Below are positions 47,248-61,600 of a stretch of DNA of 64,000 bases, one piece after another (positions within the stretch are counted from its first letter, which is position 1; every line of letters starts with the position of its first letter). Position numbers and translations under genes: made by a program. The stretch spans positions 6,820,001 to 6,884,000 of the forward strand of contig NC_082736.1 of the NCBI RefSeq assembly GCF_030144855.1, in the 5' to 3' direction. The notes under the pieces are model-generated. The model saw only the letters and a list, made by a program, of their open reading frames with translations, was not told where the DNA came from and ran no database searches. Origin of the DNA: Hypanus sabinus (taxonomy: Eukaryota).

Positions 47248-48175
47248 TTTAAAGGGAATCTGAAGGGTAAATATTTGACATAGAGAAAAGTTGGTATCCC
47301 AAATGAGCTGCCAGAGGAGGTGATGGAGACAAGGACACACAAAGTCTCTGTTCCTGAACACTTCCCTGGAACCTGTCATTACTGTGTACATCCTGCCCTG
47401 GTTGAACCGCCCAGAATCGAGTAAGTGATTTATACAGAACTGAAACCGTCCCTTCGGTAAAACTCATCCACGCCGACCAAGTTGTCGACCTGAACTCGTC
47501 CCATCCGCCTGCATTAGGCCCGTGTCCCTCTCAACCTTTCCTATCCATGTAACTGTGCAAATATGGTTTAAATATTGTACCTGAGGCAAAGAGCCGGTGC
47601 GGTGAGGCGCTGACAGACACTCCGAGGGCAGGAAGAGGAGAGGCCGATTCCCACAGTGGAGCCGAAACACAAAGTAGAGACCGAATCCACTTTACCACAA
47701 CCCCGTGCCCACCATCCCGGACCAACTGCCCGCCCCGGTCTGTTCCCCTGGAAACGATGACTGAGCCGGTTTGTCATGTTTGACGTGATCTCATCACAGA
47801 TCGGCCTACGCAACACGCTATCACGTGTCGGTGTCCACAGTCCGGGAGGCGGGGCAGAGAGAGCTGTCAATCAATGGAGCCACTGAGAAACTTCGAGCAT
47901 TGTAACAGAGTGGGTACAGAGGGGCATTTCCGGGAACAGTGACCCCACCCCCAACCCACGGGAATTGAGTGTGTTATATACAGTAATATTTGCATTTTAA
48001 TTTGACTCTTCGGTCTTATAAATATTTAATATTTGTATTTTCTATACTTGTGTGGATAATCTTTTACAATTTGGGATAGAAAAACGTTGTAACTAGATCA
48101 CTGAACCCTTCATGAACACAGAACATTACGGAAAAATATTGTCAAAGTCAACACTTTAATCCAATGTAAGTTAAT
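47248..48175 (-). promoter_or_regulatory. CpG-rich promoter/first-exon module, copy 2
   Basis: Collinear with 36570-37470 and nearly identical over 47440-47722; retains the GC box and CACGTG; lacks 7 nt containing the GTGAGT donor. Confidence 0.6.
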
Positions 48176-50530
48176 AGAAGCATAGAAAACCTACAGCACC
48201 AAACTGGACTTCCGGCCCACAAAGTTTTGCTTAACATGTCCCTACTTTAGGAATTACTGGGCTTACCTATCCAAAAGTTTCTGAAAAGACCCTATCGTAT
48301 CTGCCTCCACCAGCGTTGCGGGCAGCCCATTCCACGCACTCACCACTCTCTGAGTAATAAACTTACCCCTGACATCTCTGTACCTGCTCCCCAGCACCTT
48401 AACCTGTGTCCTCTTGTTGCAGCCAGTTCAGCCCTGAGAAAAAGCCTCTGACTATCCACACGATCGATGCCTCTCATCATCTTGTACACCTTGGGCCTAA
48501 AGGAAACGATGCTGACTTTGTCCTATTTTATCATGTGTCGCCAAGTAGACCGAAAATACATTGAGTCCATCATCTTCCCAACCACTGAGGTCAGACTGAC
48601 TGGCCTATGATTTCCTCTCGTCTGCCCTTCTCCCTCCGTCAAGAGTGGAATAATGTTTGCAATTTTCCTCTTCTCCAGAGCCACGCCAGAATACAGGGAT
48701 TATAGAAAGATTATTACTAAAACTGCCACTATCTCTTCAGTCACCTCTTTCATAACACTGGTGTAGAAAATCCCGTCCAGCTGATTTTCTACCTTCAGAT
48801 CTTTCAGTTTCCCAAGTAGCTTTTCCCTAGTAAAGGCCAATTCACTCATTTCTGCCCAATTCTCCTGAATTTCCAGCAGACTGCCAGTCTCTTCCACATT
48901 GAAGACTGATGCACAATACTTATTCAGCTTCTCTGCCACTTCCCTTTACCCCATTACTACGTCTCCAGCATCATCTACTTTTGACTCTCTTTTACACTTT
49001 GTATATCTGAAGAAACCTCTGGTATCCTCTTTAATACTAATGGCTAGCTTACCTTCGTATTTCATCTTTTCCCTCTCAATGACATTTTTTAGTCAGTTTC
49101 AAAGTTTTGTAAATCGTATAACTGAGTGTCAGGGACGTCTCAGAGCAGCTACTGAACAATGGTCACTCAGCCAGAGGTGGTGGTTCACGTCAGTAGCAGT
49201 GGACAGGTAGAAAATGGATGAGGTCCCACAGTGAATATAGAGAGTTAGGGAACAAGTTAAAGAGCAGGACCTGAAAGGTGATAATTTTTGTGTTACTCCC
49301 AATGCTCTGTGGTAGTTCGGGTGGGAACAGAAAGTTAGAGCAGATGACTGTGTGGCTGAGGAGCTGGTGCAGGGACAGGGTTTCAGGATTCCAGAACACT
49401 GGAACCTCTTCAGGTCCAGAGGTGACATTTAAAAGGGGGGGGGGGGCGGTCAGTATCATGAGGTTCATTGTTGCTCCCTGGGAGGGTTGAAATGAGATTG
49501 TCAGGGGGATGTGAACCAGAACACCAGTCACTGAATGGTGAGATTGACGCCAAGTTTGATGCTTAACACTGCAAGGATGGATTTTGAAGCAAATCCTCAT
49601 CTGACATGAGTTTGTTCAAAGACCAGCTGCACAGTGATTCAGGGCCAGTTTGTTCCTGTAAGGGGGAGGGTCCAGGATGGCAAGGTTCAGGAAACCTGGA
49701 TGATGAGAGAGGAAGTAAATTTAGTCGAGGAAGAGTGAGAAGCTTATGTAAGGCTTAGGAAGCTGGAATCAAACAGGGTGTTTGAGGATGACATTTAAAA
49801 CACAGAAGGGAATGCAAGTACATTTGGAGAGCAAGTAACAGTGATGAAAAATCTCTGATGAGCAGGATTAAAGATAATCCCACTGCATTCTGTACATTCA
49901 TTGTGGTGAAAAGGATACCCAGGGGCAACATAAAGCGTGGGTACACAGGTAATGGCAGGAACATTAACATACAGAAGGATGCTGGGTCCGGGCAGATTGG
50001 TTCCCTGAAACTGGGAGCACAGGTTGACAGGGTGGTAAAGCCGGTGTACGGCATGTTTGCCTTCACCGGGCAAGGCATTGAGTTCAATCACCAGGACATC
50101 ATGTTACAGTTTATAAAATGCTGGTTCGGCCACAGTGAGAGCACAGTGTTCAGTTCCGGTCACCTCATTCTAGGAAGCATGTGGAGGTTTCGATGCAGGT
50201 GCAGAAGTTGTTAAGCAGGATGTCTGGAGGAGGAGTGAGGTGAGGAGAGGCTCGACATGCTGGAGCTTTTTCCTCTGGAGTGGCGTCAGCTCAGGAGAGA
50301 TCTGACAGAAATTTATACAATTTTGCAGGACATACTTGGTGTAAACAGCCAGTAATATTTTTCACAGGAGGGAAATGTCTTCTACTAAAAGACATGTATT
50401 TAAGATCTGAGGAAGAAAGTGAAGGGAACAGTGATGGGGACTTGGAATGCACTGTCAGGGATGGTGGCAGAGGCAGAGAGCACAGGGGTATTTAGGGAAG
50501 TCTCAGACAGACAGGAATTTGGAGAGAAGT
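48176..50530. mobile_element. Nested CR1 fragments (minus strand about 48176-49100; plus strand about 49130-50530)
   Basis: MAEKLNKY.ASVF.VE; QVDRVVK..YGM.AF..QGIEF...DIMLQ; CR1 3' tail (TTTCTATG). Confidence 0.7.
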
Positions 50531-50759
50531 GACTGGTACTACGGTGCTGAAGAACTCGATCCACCCACCCCTCCCTTTTCTCCCTGGCACAAACCAAACT
50601 CAGAGCGACGCACCGCCTCACATAGGGAGCCTCTCGGCAGATCTGATCAAACTGACCCTCTCTTTCGCAAAATGTTCATTTATATTCAGAGGCCTGGGTG
50701 GACGAGATTTTTTTCAGTAAATACTGTCGGTTCCACAGGGTAAACGTACCTTTGTAGAC

Positions 50760-51275
50760 AGTCAGAGACCTGTATAGTTGTGCGCGGAGAGTATTCTGAC
50801 AGGCGACATCTGTCTGGTGTGGAGGGGCTACTGCACAGCACCGAAAGAAGCTGCTGATAGTACCCAGGACATCTTTAGGGAGCGGTGCTCATAAAGGCAG
50901 CGTCCATTATTAAAGACTTCCAACACCCAGGGCATGCCCTTTTCTCACTGTTACCGTCAGGTAGGAGATACAGAAGCCTGAAGGCACACTCAGCGATTCA
51001 GGAACAGCTTCTTCCCCTCTTGCCATCCGATTCCTAAATGGACATTAAAACTATGGACAGTACCTCACTTTTTAATATACAGAATTTGTTTTTGCACATT
51101 TTTCAAAATAACAGTCAATATACGTAACTGATTACTTGTTTATTTATTGTTTTATTTTATTTTGTTTTATTTATTACTTTATAACTTTGTCTTCCAGGTT
51201 ATGTATGACATTGAACTGCTGCTGCGAAGTTAACAAAATTCACGTCAGATGCCGGTGATAATAAACTTGATTCTG
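50760..51275 (+). mobile_element. Rex1-like 3' fragment
   Basis: KAASIIKD..HPGHALFSLLPSGRRYRSL...RFRNSFFP; ends AATAAACTTGATTCTGA. Confidence 0.75.
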
Positions 51276-51690
51276 AAATGTAAAACGCAAATGTTATTTT
51301 TCTGTGAGGCGATGGGAATCGCTCATGAAGCAACGAACAGGCGATGTTCCCGCCTTCTGCACACCGGAACGGTCCGGGTCAACCCGCAATGTGGAACCCA
51401 GACAACGCGGTTCCAGGTGATGAAGAGCGGAGTCGTTCAGTGATCGGAGATTAAATTCTCCCTCCCGGGGCTGACTCCGGAAGTTCATTTCATGACTCTG
51501 CGCCTAGGGAACCCGCTGACTCTCTGCAAGGGGAGAGAGCTACATTCGGTCGGCTGAGAGGGGAAAACGAGCCGGGACTGAAACGAATCGGTTTCTTTCG
51601 CAGAAGGAACATGTCGAGACACTGACAGATGCTGGATATCAAAGGGACGGAAAGCACCCGTCGCTCAGCCCTTCCACAGACATTGTGAGT

Positions 51691-51706
51691 GGCTCTGAAA
51701 AGAGCC
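51691..51706 (-). terminator. Histone 3' stem-loop (H2A)
   Basis: CCCAAA GGCTCTTTTCAGAGCC ACTCA. Confidence 0.95.
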
Positions 51707-51736
51707 TTTGGGTAAATAGATTCAGCTTACGTCGCT

Positions 51737-52162
<426 letters not shown>

Positions 52163-53088
52163 TCACCCCGCCCCAACTCGCCCATTTTATACCCTCTTTG
52201 AGAATGCAAACTGATGTTTGTGATTGGTGTAATTCTGCTTATTCTCATTGGTGAAGAGAAATGCTCCAATCGAAGAACTGCCTTAATCACCAATCAGCGG
52301 TCCGTAAAAGTAGAAGCGGGGAAAATAACCGTCTCCTCCACAAAGCCCACTGAAATCTGGAAAAAAGCCCGCCAAAAAATAAATCTATTATTCAAATTTA
52401 ATTTCAAGTTAAATCATTGCAGATCTAATTTAAGATTGGGTCTTCGCATTTCCCTCTGTTACTGAAACCGGGCACATTTGATTTAAGTGTAGTTGATATT
52501 GGAGTGTTTGGGAACTCAATTCTCTAATTTCTTTCAACCCGTAACGGAACCGAATAAAACTGACCCTCAGCTTCTGCCCGCGGTCGGTCACTGTGTGAAC
52601 GTTATCAGGTTATGGAAAACGGCTCTTAAACTTTGACCAGCGTCTAGTCTGCAATTTTATAAAGTTATTATATGAAACAGCCATCACGAGGGAATCTGCA
52701 GATGCTGGAATTTCAAACACACAAAATGCTGGTGGAACCCAGCAGGCCAGGCAGCATCTATAAACAGAAGGATTATCGACGCTTCTCCATTTGAAAGAGC
52801 CATAATGTCTTTCAGGCTCGAGTTGAAATGAGATTCAGGAGTTACCCAACTGGAACCAATAAACTGCTGAAGCCACAAATAAAACAACAACGGCAGCAAT
52901 CCTCCGCTTGGCATGGATACCGAGTGGGACGGACTGATGGGGAAAGGGGGAGGGGGGTAACAATTCCTTGTCAGTTCAGTGGTAGCTTATTCCAACCGCG
53001 ATTTCACTCTTGTAGAAGTCACCAGACATAAAGTATGTGTAATTTATTACCTAAATACTAGTACAACTCTTTCATTGAAACTGTGAGA

Positions 53089-53104
53089 GGCTCTTAAAAG
53101 AGCC
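53089..53104 (-). terminator. Histone 3' stem-loop (H2B copy 2)
   Basis: GGCTCTTTTAAGAGCC TCTCA; GAAAGAG HDE downstream. Confidence 0.92.
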
Positions 53105-53135
53105 GTTGTGTTTTCGATCATCTCACTGGGGAGCT

Positions 53136-53510
53136 TCACTTGGAGCTGGTGTACTTGGTCACCGCCTTTGTCCCTTCGGACACGGCGTGCTTGGCCAGCT
53201 CCCCGGGCAGCAGCAAGCGCACGGCGGTCTGGATCTCCCGGGAGCTGATGGTGGACCGCTTGTTGTAATGGGCCAGGCGGGAAGCCTCACCCGCGATGCG
53301 CTCGAAAATATCGTTCACGAATGAATTCATGATGCCCATGGCCTTGGAGGAGATGCCGGTGTCGGGGTGAACCTGCTTCATCACTTTGTAGATGTAGATG
53401 GCGTAAGTCTCCTTCCTCGTCCTCTTGCGCTTCTTGCCAGACTTGCTCGCCGGTTTGGACAGAGCTTTCTTGGCGCCCTTCTTGGGAGCGGGTTTCGGTG
53501 CATCAGGCAT
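53136..53510 (-). CDS. H2B: Histone H2B, replication-dependent, 124 aa
   Basis: Differs from copy 1 at KE(S/T)Y and AM(S/G)I; ATG at 53510. Confidence 0.98.
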   Translation of the reverse strand: MPDAPKPAPKKGAKKALSKPASKSGKKRKRTRKETYAIYIYKVMKQVHPDTGISSKAMGIMNSFVNDIFERIAGEASRLAHYNKRSTISSREIQTAVRLLLPGELAKHAVSEGTKAVTKYTSSK

Positions 53511-54362
53511 TTCCTCGTCGGTTTCAAACACAATAATAAGCAGAAGCTGGCCGGAGCGCGGATTAAATAGGCAGCGCCCAAAGTGTTATGTTAATGAGGA
53601 TGGGAGTGCTGAGCATTTCCATTGGCTGTTTGGAGAAATGAATCACCAATCGGAACGCTGGGGGATGGGAAGCAGCACCAATGTGTGGCGGTTACCGCTG
53701 TCGTTTAATGCGGGAGGAAGTACAGAAGGGCAGAGACAGGCGGGGGTGCGGGCTGACATTGAAAAGGGAAACGCAAATTACAAAAGCAGAATGAAAATGA
53801 AATCAGATGAAATATTGTAAAATTAAACACTGAGACGTTCAGTTCATGACACAGGACAGCAGGAGAGCGAAGGAGAGATTTGGACATTTCAATGTAAAGT
53901 TTTATCGAGTTTATTTATGCACAGGTGAGAGGAACAACGGATTTGTAGCAACATCACAGACCCATTGCATCAGACACAACATTGACCAGAAACACTGGAA
54001 TTAAATATGAATTATACCAAAACATTCAAATAGACAGAGGACTATCAGAACAAAATCAAAATAACAAAGAGATTATGCGGGCAGTGGGAGAATCACCCCT
54101 CCTGTGCTTCTTCATCTCGTCACTCTCGATTCAGAGTCACGCAACGCTGCCACTTTGATCTGGCCCTTGCCTTCATTCACCAGGTCCAACACTTGCCTTT
54201 ATTGGATCTTCCTCCTCCTTACACTAGTCATCGTGTTTGTGGGGCTGTGTGTCCCCTTGGACCTCTGGATTAGGTTTGAGGGTCAGCCTGGTGGATGTAT
54301 ATATGCTGGGAGAGATAAGGCTGTAGATGGTGTATGGTGAGATATGTATGGTGTATGACGTA

Positions 54363-54786
54363 TGACCAAAATAAAGCCAAGTAACAAGGTCCAAAATACC
54401 CACAACGTGCAGAATTACACACTTCTCATTATCTTGGTCCATGGGATAAACACGGCGTGCCTGATCCACCCTGGTATATGATGGTATATGGTAGACAGTG
54501 GATGGGGTAGTGTAGTGGAGCCACACAGTGGCTGATGCATTTCATTATCGTGGTTCAACACCTCTTGGCTTAGGGAACTGGGTGTGCAAAGGGGCACATC
54601 ATCAACAATACAACTTAGGGTCATTGGGTATTTTGGGTCTTTAATCATGAGACAATATCGCCCCGGCAACGCAGCCAGGGTGGATCAGGCCCGCCGTGTT
54701 TATCCCATGGAGCAAGATAATGAGAAGCGTGTAATTCTGCAAGTTGCGGGTATTTTTGACCTTGTTACTTGGCTTTATTTTGACCA
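54363..54786. repeat. Inverted repeat, arms of about 112 bp (54363-54474 / 54675-54786)
   Basis: ...CCATGGGATAAACACGGCGTGCCTGATCCACCCTGG is the reverse complement of CCAGGGTGGATCAGGCCCGCCGTGTTTATCCCATGG... with few mismatches. Confidence 0.9.
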
Positions 54787-57621
54787 TTTGGGGAATAGAA
54801 TGTTCTGAGGCCTAGTAATCAGGCTTTACCTCCAAGTACAGTTCAACTTCCCTACTCTAAATTTACACCTGTCTTTATTTTGCCACTATGTGCCTGGGAT
54901 TGCGTGGGTTAAATTAACAAGTTTACTGCAGTACAAACTAGTGATTAACGTTGGACAGATTGATCGATGATTCCAAAATGCAAAAATCTCTGAAATTCAG
55001 AATTTATTGTACTGACATTACGTCACAAATGGGGAATTTTACCCTGGATTAAATGGCTTGTCTAATGAAGAGCATTCGGCCTCACTAGGCCTCTATTTAC
55101 TGGAAATTCGAAGAAAGAAGGGTTACTGAATTGAAACCTATCAAATAGCGAAAGGGCTTCAGTGAGCGGATGTGGAGAGGACTTTTCCTGTGGTGGGAGT
55201 GTCTGTAAACAGACCACACAGTTTCAAAATAAAGGGGCATCCTGTTAGAGTGGAGATGAGGGGGAATTTCTTCAGCCAGAGAGTGGTGAATCGGAGGAAT
55301 TTTTGGCCACATGCAGCTGTAGAGGCCAAATCACTGGATATAGGCAGAGATTGGGGCTAAGAGGAAAAATTGATCAGTGATGATGAAATGGCAGAGCAGG
55401 CTCAATGGGCCAAATGGCCGAATTCTGCTCCTAAATCTGATGGTCTTATGGACTCACTTAGAGACTAAAAGTTTCCCAGAGACTGATGATCTCAGTTTTC
55501 TCTCATCCCAGCACCTGAGGCTCCAGATTCCATATACAAGAAGTTCCTAGTTCTCAGATTAACGGAATATGATCTCATTTCCATCCTGAATGCTTGTCAC
55601 CTCAATCTGATCAACAGACACAAAATGCTGGCGGAAGTCAGCAGGCCAGGCAGCATCTATGGAAAAGAGTAATGACTCGATTCTTCAGGCTGAGAACCAT
55701 TACCAGGGAGAGATCTGCTGGAAGGGTCTCGGGATGACTTGTCAACTGTTTACTCTTTTCCATAAAGGCTGCCTGTCCTGCTGAGTTCCTCCAGCATTTT
55801 GTATGTGTTGATTTGGATTTCCAGCATCAGCCAGATTCTCTCGTGTTTGTGATTTACACCTCATTCTGAGGGTATTTTCCTAAGTTATGGAGCTTTCATT
55901 CAGAGGAAAGATCCTCCTTGACTGTCTGTCACATCCTGAAAGAACCTAACTGATTTCCTTGTTTTCTCATTAACTGCAGGAATACAGCCCCAGTTCACTC
56001 ATTCTCTTCTCACATACCCAACCCTCCATCCCTGGAAGCAGCCCCGTCAGTGTGGTGAACAGTCACTGCGCTCTCTCTATTGCAGGGATATCCTTCCTGA
56101 GGAAGTGTGACCAAACCCGGACACTATATTCAAGGTGTGCTCTCACCAGGGCCCTATAGAATCCAGTGAGACATCTGTACCCCTCTTCTCCACTCCTCCT
56201 GGATCACAGGACAAAATACTGTTTGCCCCTCTCATTACTTGTTGTATCTGCATGTTAACTCAAGTGATTTGTTTACAAGGACACCCAGGTTCCTCTGAAC
56301 ATCCCGTGTGGAAATAACTCTTACAGTTTGATCCTGGGAATGGGTGATCTCACATTTCCTCACATTCTGTTCCATCCGCCCAATCCTCAACCATTCACTC
56401 TCCTGTCGACATCCCCCAAACCTTCTCACTACTGACCCTGTCCCTCTTGCTTTGCCACAGCAACAGACCTAGTCACTGATTTATGCATCACAGATACAGG
56501 CCCTTCAGCCCAACACATCCATGCTGACCAAGCGGCCAAACAAAACCATTGTCAGTTACCTGAATTTGGCCCATGTCCCTGTGAAACTTCCCTCTCCACA
56601 GTCCAAGAGATTTGGCAACTGTGCCCCTCTATACCATCACTGGAGGTAGTTTGTACCAGGTAACTGCACATTCTGTGAAGAAAACCTGCTCCTCATGGTC
56701 TCAGTTAAATCGTTCCTCTTGCACTTTATACCTGTAATCTCTGGCTTCCAACTCCATGAACCTGGAGATAACAGATTCACTATTGACCGTAGCAGTGCCT
56801 GCCGTTATTTTATCAGCCTCTCTAATGTCACATACACTCTGGTGAGAATGTGCCAGCCTACCCAGCCTCCTGTTAAATACCTTTTGCACCCTCTCCAGTT
56901 TAATGTCACCCTCTGATCATTGGGCAACTATAACTGTACGCCGTGCTCCAAGAGTGGTTTCCCCAAGGCTGGGAGAGCTGTAATGTGACGTCACGGTCCA
57001 GTGCCCAATACTCTCCCGATGAATGCAAGTGTGGCAAACACCACCTTCACCGTCCTGCCGACCTGTGTTTACACTTTGAAGGAATTCGATATCTGCACCC
57101 CGATGTCTCTCTGTTTTACAGCACTCCCAGGGACCGACCATTCCCCACGGCAGTTCTGCCCTGGTTCGTCAATGACAACGGAACATCTCTTGTTCTTGTT
57201 TGTGGGCTTGAAGGGCCGAATGGACTACTCCTGCACCTATTTTCTTTCTCACATTTATCTGTCATTACTCAAATCAGTGACCTCATTGACCACCGTCCTG
57301 TTGTATTGCTGGTTACATTCTTCACACTTTAGTGATATCTGCATATTTGCTGAGCCGGGCATTGACATTGTCAGCCGAGTCTTTAATGAATGAACTGCAG
57401 CAGCAGACCTGACTCAGCTCCCAGGCTTTTCCTTGCAGCGATACCCGCACAGTGCTGGAGGAACTCAGCAGGCCAGGCAGCATCTGTGAGAAACAGTAAA
57501 CAGCCGACGGATCAGGCCGAGACCGTCCAGAATCTGAACAATGTCTTGTGTTTGGTTTTCCTTCGATCCTTTCCTACGTGACTGGATAACATAAACCATC
57601 CTCCAATCCTCTGTCACTACT

Positions 57622-57830
57622 CCTGCCCGAGAAACGCGCAGAGAGACAGAGGCGGGGAGGTGAGGGGACAGAGTCAGGGTGGCGGACAGAGCCGAGAGCG
57701 GCCTCTCATCGTCCAGCTCCGCCTTCACTTTACTACACCCGGCAATTTCCAACGGTCTATCCGAAACACAGAGCTCCAGAGAGGGGAAAGAAAACTCCCT
57801 CACACCACGTACACAGTGAAGGATTTCTAC
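57622..57830 (-). promoter_or_regulatory. Orphan duplicate of the H4 upstream promoter (copy B)
   Basis: Matches 58702-58905 and 18385-18600. Confidence 0.85.
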
Positions 57831-58266
57831 TAAGTTACTGGCAGTCGGACTTCATACAATCAGAATACAGAGTGATTGGCGCAGGCTTAATTTCAAATCG
57901 CCCGCCAGTTTCAGAGCACCCAGCAACGGTGCTTGATTACTTTTTTATATTATTTACCATTAATTGTATCACGGATACTACAATTTCAGTTTTATTTGAT
58001 ATATAATTTTCTCAGTGAAGATTTAAATGGATGAGTACAGAATCGTTTCTCTGAATGAGGGAACTGATTTCTGTCCGAGACAGACAAGGGGATGCTGATC
58101 GATCTTAATGCATTCCGAGCTTCTGCCGTAATCACCGATTGAAAAAGCAGAATCGCAGGGATATTTCAAGCGGATCGGAATAATCTGCTTCAAAAGTAGC
58201 TCAGCCAAATATATCGATAAAAATAATTAAAAGGTTGTGGACACGGCTCCGTCTGAGGCGGTGGGT

Positions 58267-58282
58267 GGCTCTTAGAAGAGCC
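58267..58282 (-). terminator. Histone 3' stem-loop (H4 copy 2)
   Basis: AAA GGCTCTTCTAAGAGCC ACCCA. Confidence 0.95.
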
Positions 58283-58315
58283 TTTGTGTTGTTCTCGGGA
58301 GGAAGTGGGAGTTTT

Positions 58316-58636
<321 letters not shown>

Positions 58637-61600
58637 TCACTCAGGTCGCTGCTCAGTGACAAACCAACTGCTGATGTCTCCTTTTATACACAGCGCCCCG
58701 ACCTGCCCGAGAAACGCGCAGAGAGACAGAGGCGGGGAGGGGAGGAGACAGAGTGACGGACAGAGCCGAGAGCGGCCTCTCATCGTCCAGCTCCGCCTTC
58801 ACTTTACCACACCCGCCAATTTCCAACGGTCTATCCGACACAAAGCGCTTTAGCGGAAAAAAAACTGACTCACACACCACGTAAATTCTGGAGGATTTCT
58901 GGAAATTTGCTGATTCTCCTGCTTTAAATTATAGGAAGTGCTTTTCCGTTCCGCAAATCCCCGAGAACCTCGGTCTGTCCCTCCCTGGCCCCAGGACCAG
59001 TTTGAGTGTCCTGACACACAGCAGTTGGTGGCCGAGGGTGCAGTCAGTTCCACTGATGAGAGGGTTAATTTTTCAGAACAACCGTTCCTCTTAATCGCGA
59101 GGGAAATGAATGTCCGGTCACATAAAGTAACAGGATACATAGACTGATATAAGGATATACAAACCGCGCTTCAGGCGCCTTTTAAACCCCAGGTAAAGTG
59201 GTGGCTGAGGAGCTGGTGCGAGGTGGGTGGGGCTTCAGCTACAAGGCCTCTCGAAGGGAAGGTGGAACAGGTACATTGAGGAGGCGAGCTTTCTTCCTGC
59301 TGCACTTCAGGGGTTAAAACAGCAGGGATGAGGTCCTCCAAACTGATTTTCGGGAACTCGGTAAAGAAGCAGGACTTCCAGGATTGCAGTCTCGGAATTA
59401 TGCCCCAAAGCATGTGCTGGTGTGATGAGCAATCGATATTTCCTGCAGTTTAATATGTTGCTGAGGAACTGATGCAGGAGGGAGGTCTTCAGATTCTTGG
59501 ATCAATGGGCTCCCTTCCAGCCAGGTGGGAGACCGGGACAAACAAGGCCATTTCCATCTTGACCGGAGGGGAACCAATATCCTCACCAGGAGGTTTGATG
59601 GTGTCACTTGGCAGAGTTTGAACTGGAATCGCAAGTGGGAGAATGTATGTATGACAAGACAGTCTGTAAAGAACGACAGCCAATGGCAGGCTAATAAACA
59701 TGCTGGGACTGATAGGCTGAAATGAGTTTATTTCAACATCAGGAGTATTCTGTTGTCAGACGGACAGTGCTGGCAGCTCAACACTCCTGCATTTCATTGT
59801 TTTACATGTGTGTTGGGGTAGTGTGGGTTTAACAGGAGCAGAGATTACCCCTCTGGGAAAGTCACAACGAACTGGAAGGCTCATTTACAGAGACAATCTG
59901 CAGGTCCACTGATGGGATTATTGTCCTGGCCGTCAACGACCAGTGCTGGGACTTTATCTTCCCTAGAATTGACTGGAACTTGCTTAATACTTAGATGCAC
60001 AAGATTTCTTCATTGAATCTGAAGAGTGTTTGAAACATTATGTACAGAGCCCAACAACAGGAGAGAACAGACAGGAGGAATTAGTTTTGGGAAACGAGCC
60101 AGGCCAGCTGACAGCTAAGAGTCAGTGAATATTCTGGGATCTTATATTTTTTCTTAGTGCTGAGGAAGAATAAAATCAGATCTTGTATGAAGGTACTGAA
60201 TTGCAGGAGGGCAGGTTAGTACGGAGTAAGACAGAAACCACGGGGCATTGATTGGGAGCAGCCACTGTCAGACAAGTCCACATCTGACGTGCGGGAGTTG
60301 TTTAAAGACCAGCAGATCCGAGCTTGAAATTGAGGTACAGGATTTATCGACATTTGAAAAAGCATGGCCTGCTTAGGGACAATCAGCATGGTTTTGTGTG
60401 GGCAGATCACGCTTGACAAAATTGATCGAGGTTTCAGTGGTGGTGATACAGGTTACAAGATACAGTAGTAGAATTAAGCCATTTGGCCCATCAAGTCTGC
60501 TCTGTCTTTTCATCTTGGCTGATACATCTTTCCTCTCAGCCCCAATCTCCTCCTTTCTCCCTGTATCACTTTATGCACTGACCAATCAAGAACCTATCAA
60601 CCTCCACCTTAAATACCTAAAGTCTTGGCCTCCACAGCTGCCGCCCGTGGCAATGAATTCCACAGATTCACCACTCTCTCTGAGGAAATTCTTCCTCATC
60701 TCCATTCTAAAAGTATGTCCCTCTCTTCTGAGGCTGTGTCCTCTGGTCTTAGACACTCCCATCCTCTCCACATCAACTTTATCAAGGACTTTCACTATTC
60801 GATAGGTTTCAATTCGTCATCCCTCATTGTTCTAACTTCCAGGGAATAAAGGCCCAGAGCCATCAAACAATTTTCATATGACAAGCTGTTTAATTCTGGA
60901 ATCATTTTTGAGAATCTCGTTTGAAACCCATCCAGTTTCAGCTAATCCTTCTTAATATAAAGGGCCCAAAACTGCTCCCAATACTCCAAGTGAGAGCTCA
61001 CCAATACTTCATAAATCTCAACATCACATCCTTGCTTTTATATTCTAGTCCTTTTGAAATGAATGCTAACATCACATTTGCCTTCCTCACCACAGACTCA
61101 ACCTGCAAATTAACCTTTACAGAACCAGCACAATGACTCCCAAATCCCTCTGCACCTCATTTTTTTGTATCTTCTCTCCATTTTGAAAATAGAAAACCCT
61201 AATATTTCTTCAACTGGTGCATGACCATACACTTCCCAGTTCTGTATTCCATCTGCGACTTCTTTGCCCATTCTCTTCATCTATCTGTCCTCCCTAGTTC
61301 CTCAAAAATATATGCGCCTCCACCTGTCTCTTCATATCATCTGCAAATTTTGCAACAAATCCATCAATTCCATCATCATTACATTAATATATAATATAAA
61401 AAGAATCAGTCCCAACATCTAGTGCTCGATGTTTCTGTGCTGTAATGTTCTATGGCTCTACGAGGGCAAGACTGTGGACATGATCTCTACAGACCTTAGT
61501 AAGGCATTTTAAGAAGACGCATAGGATTCAATATAAATAGTAATTTCATTTCAGAAATGGGTTCCTCATAGAAGGCTATATAGGGCTGGAAGTCCATGTG

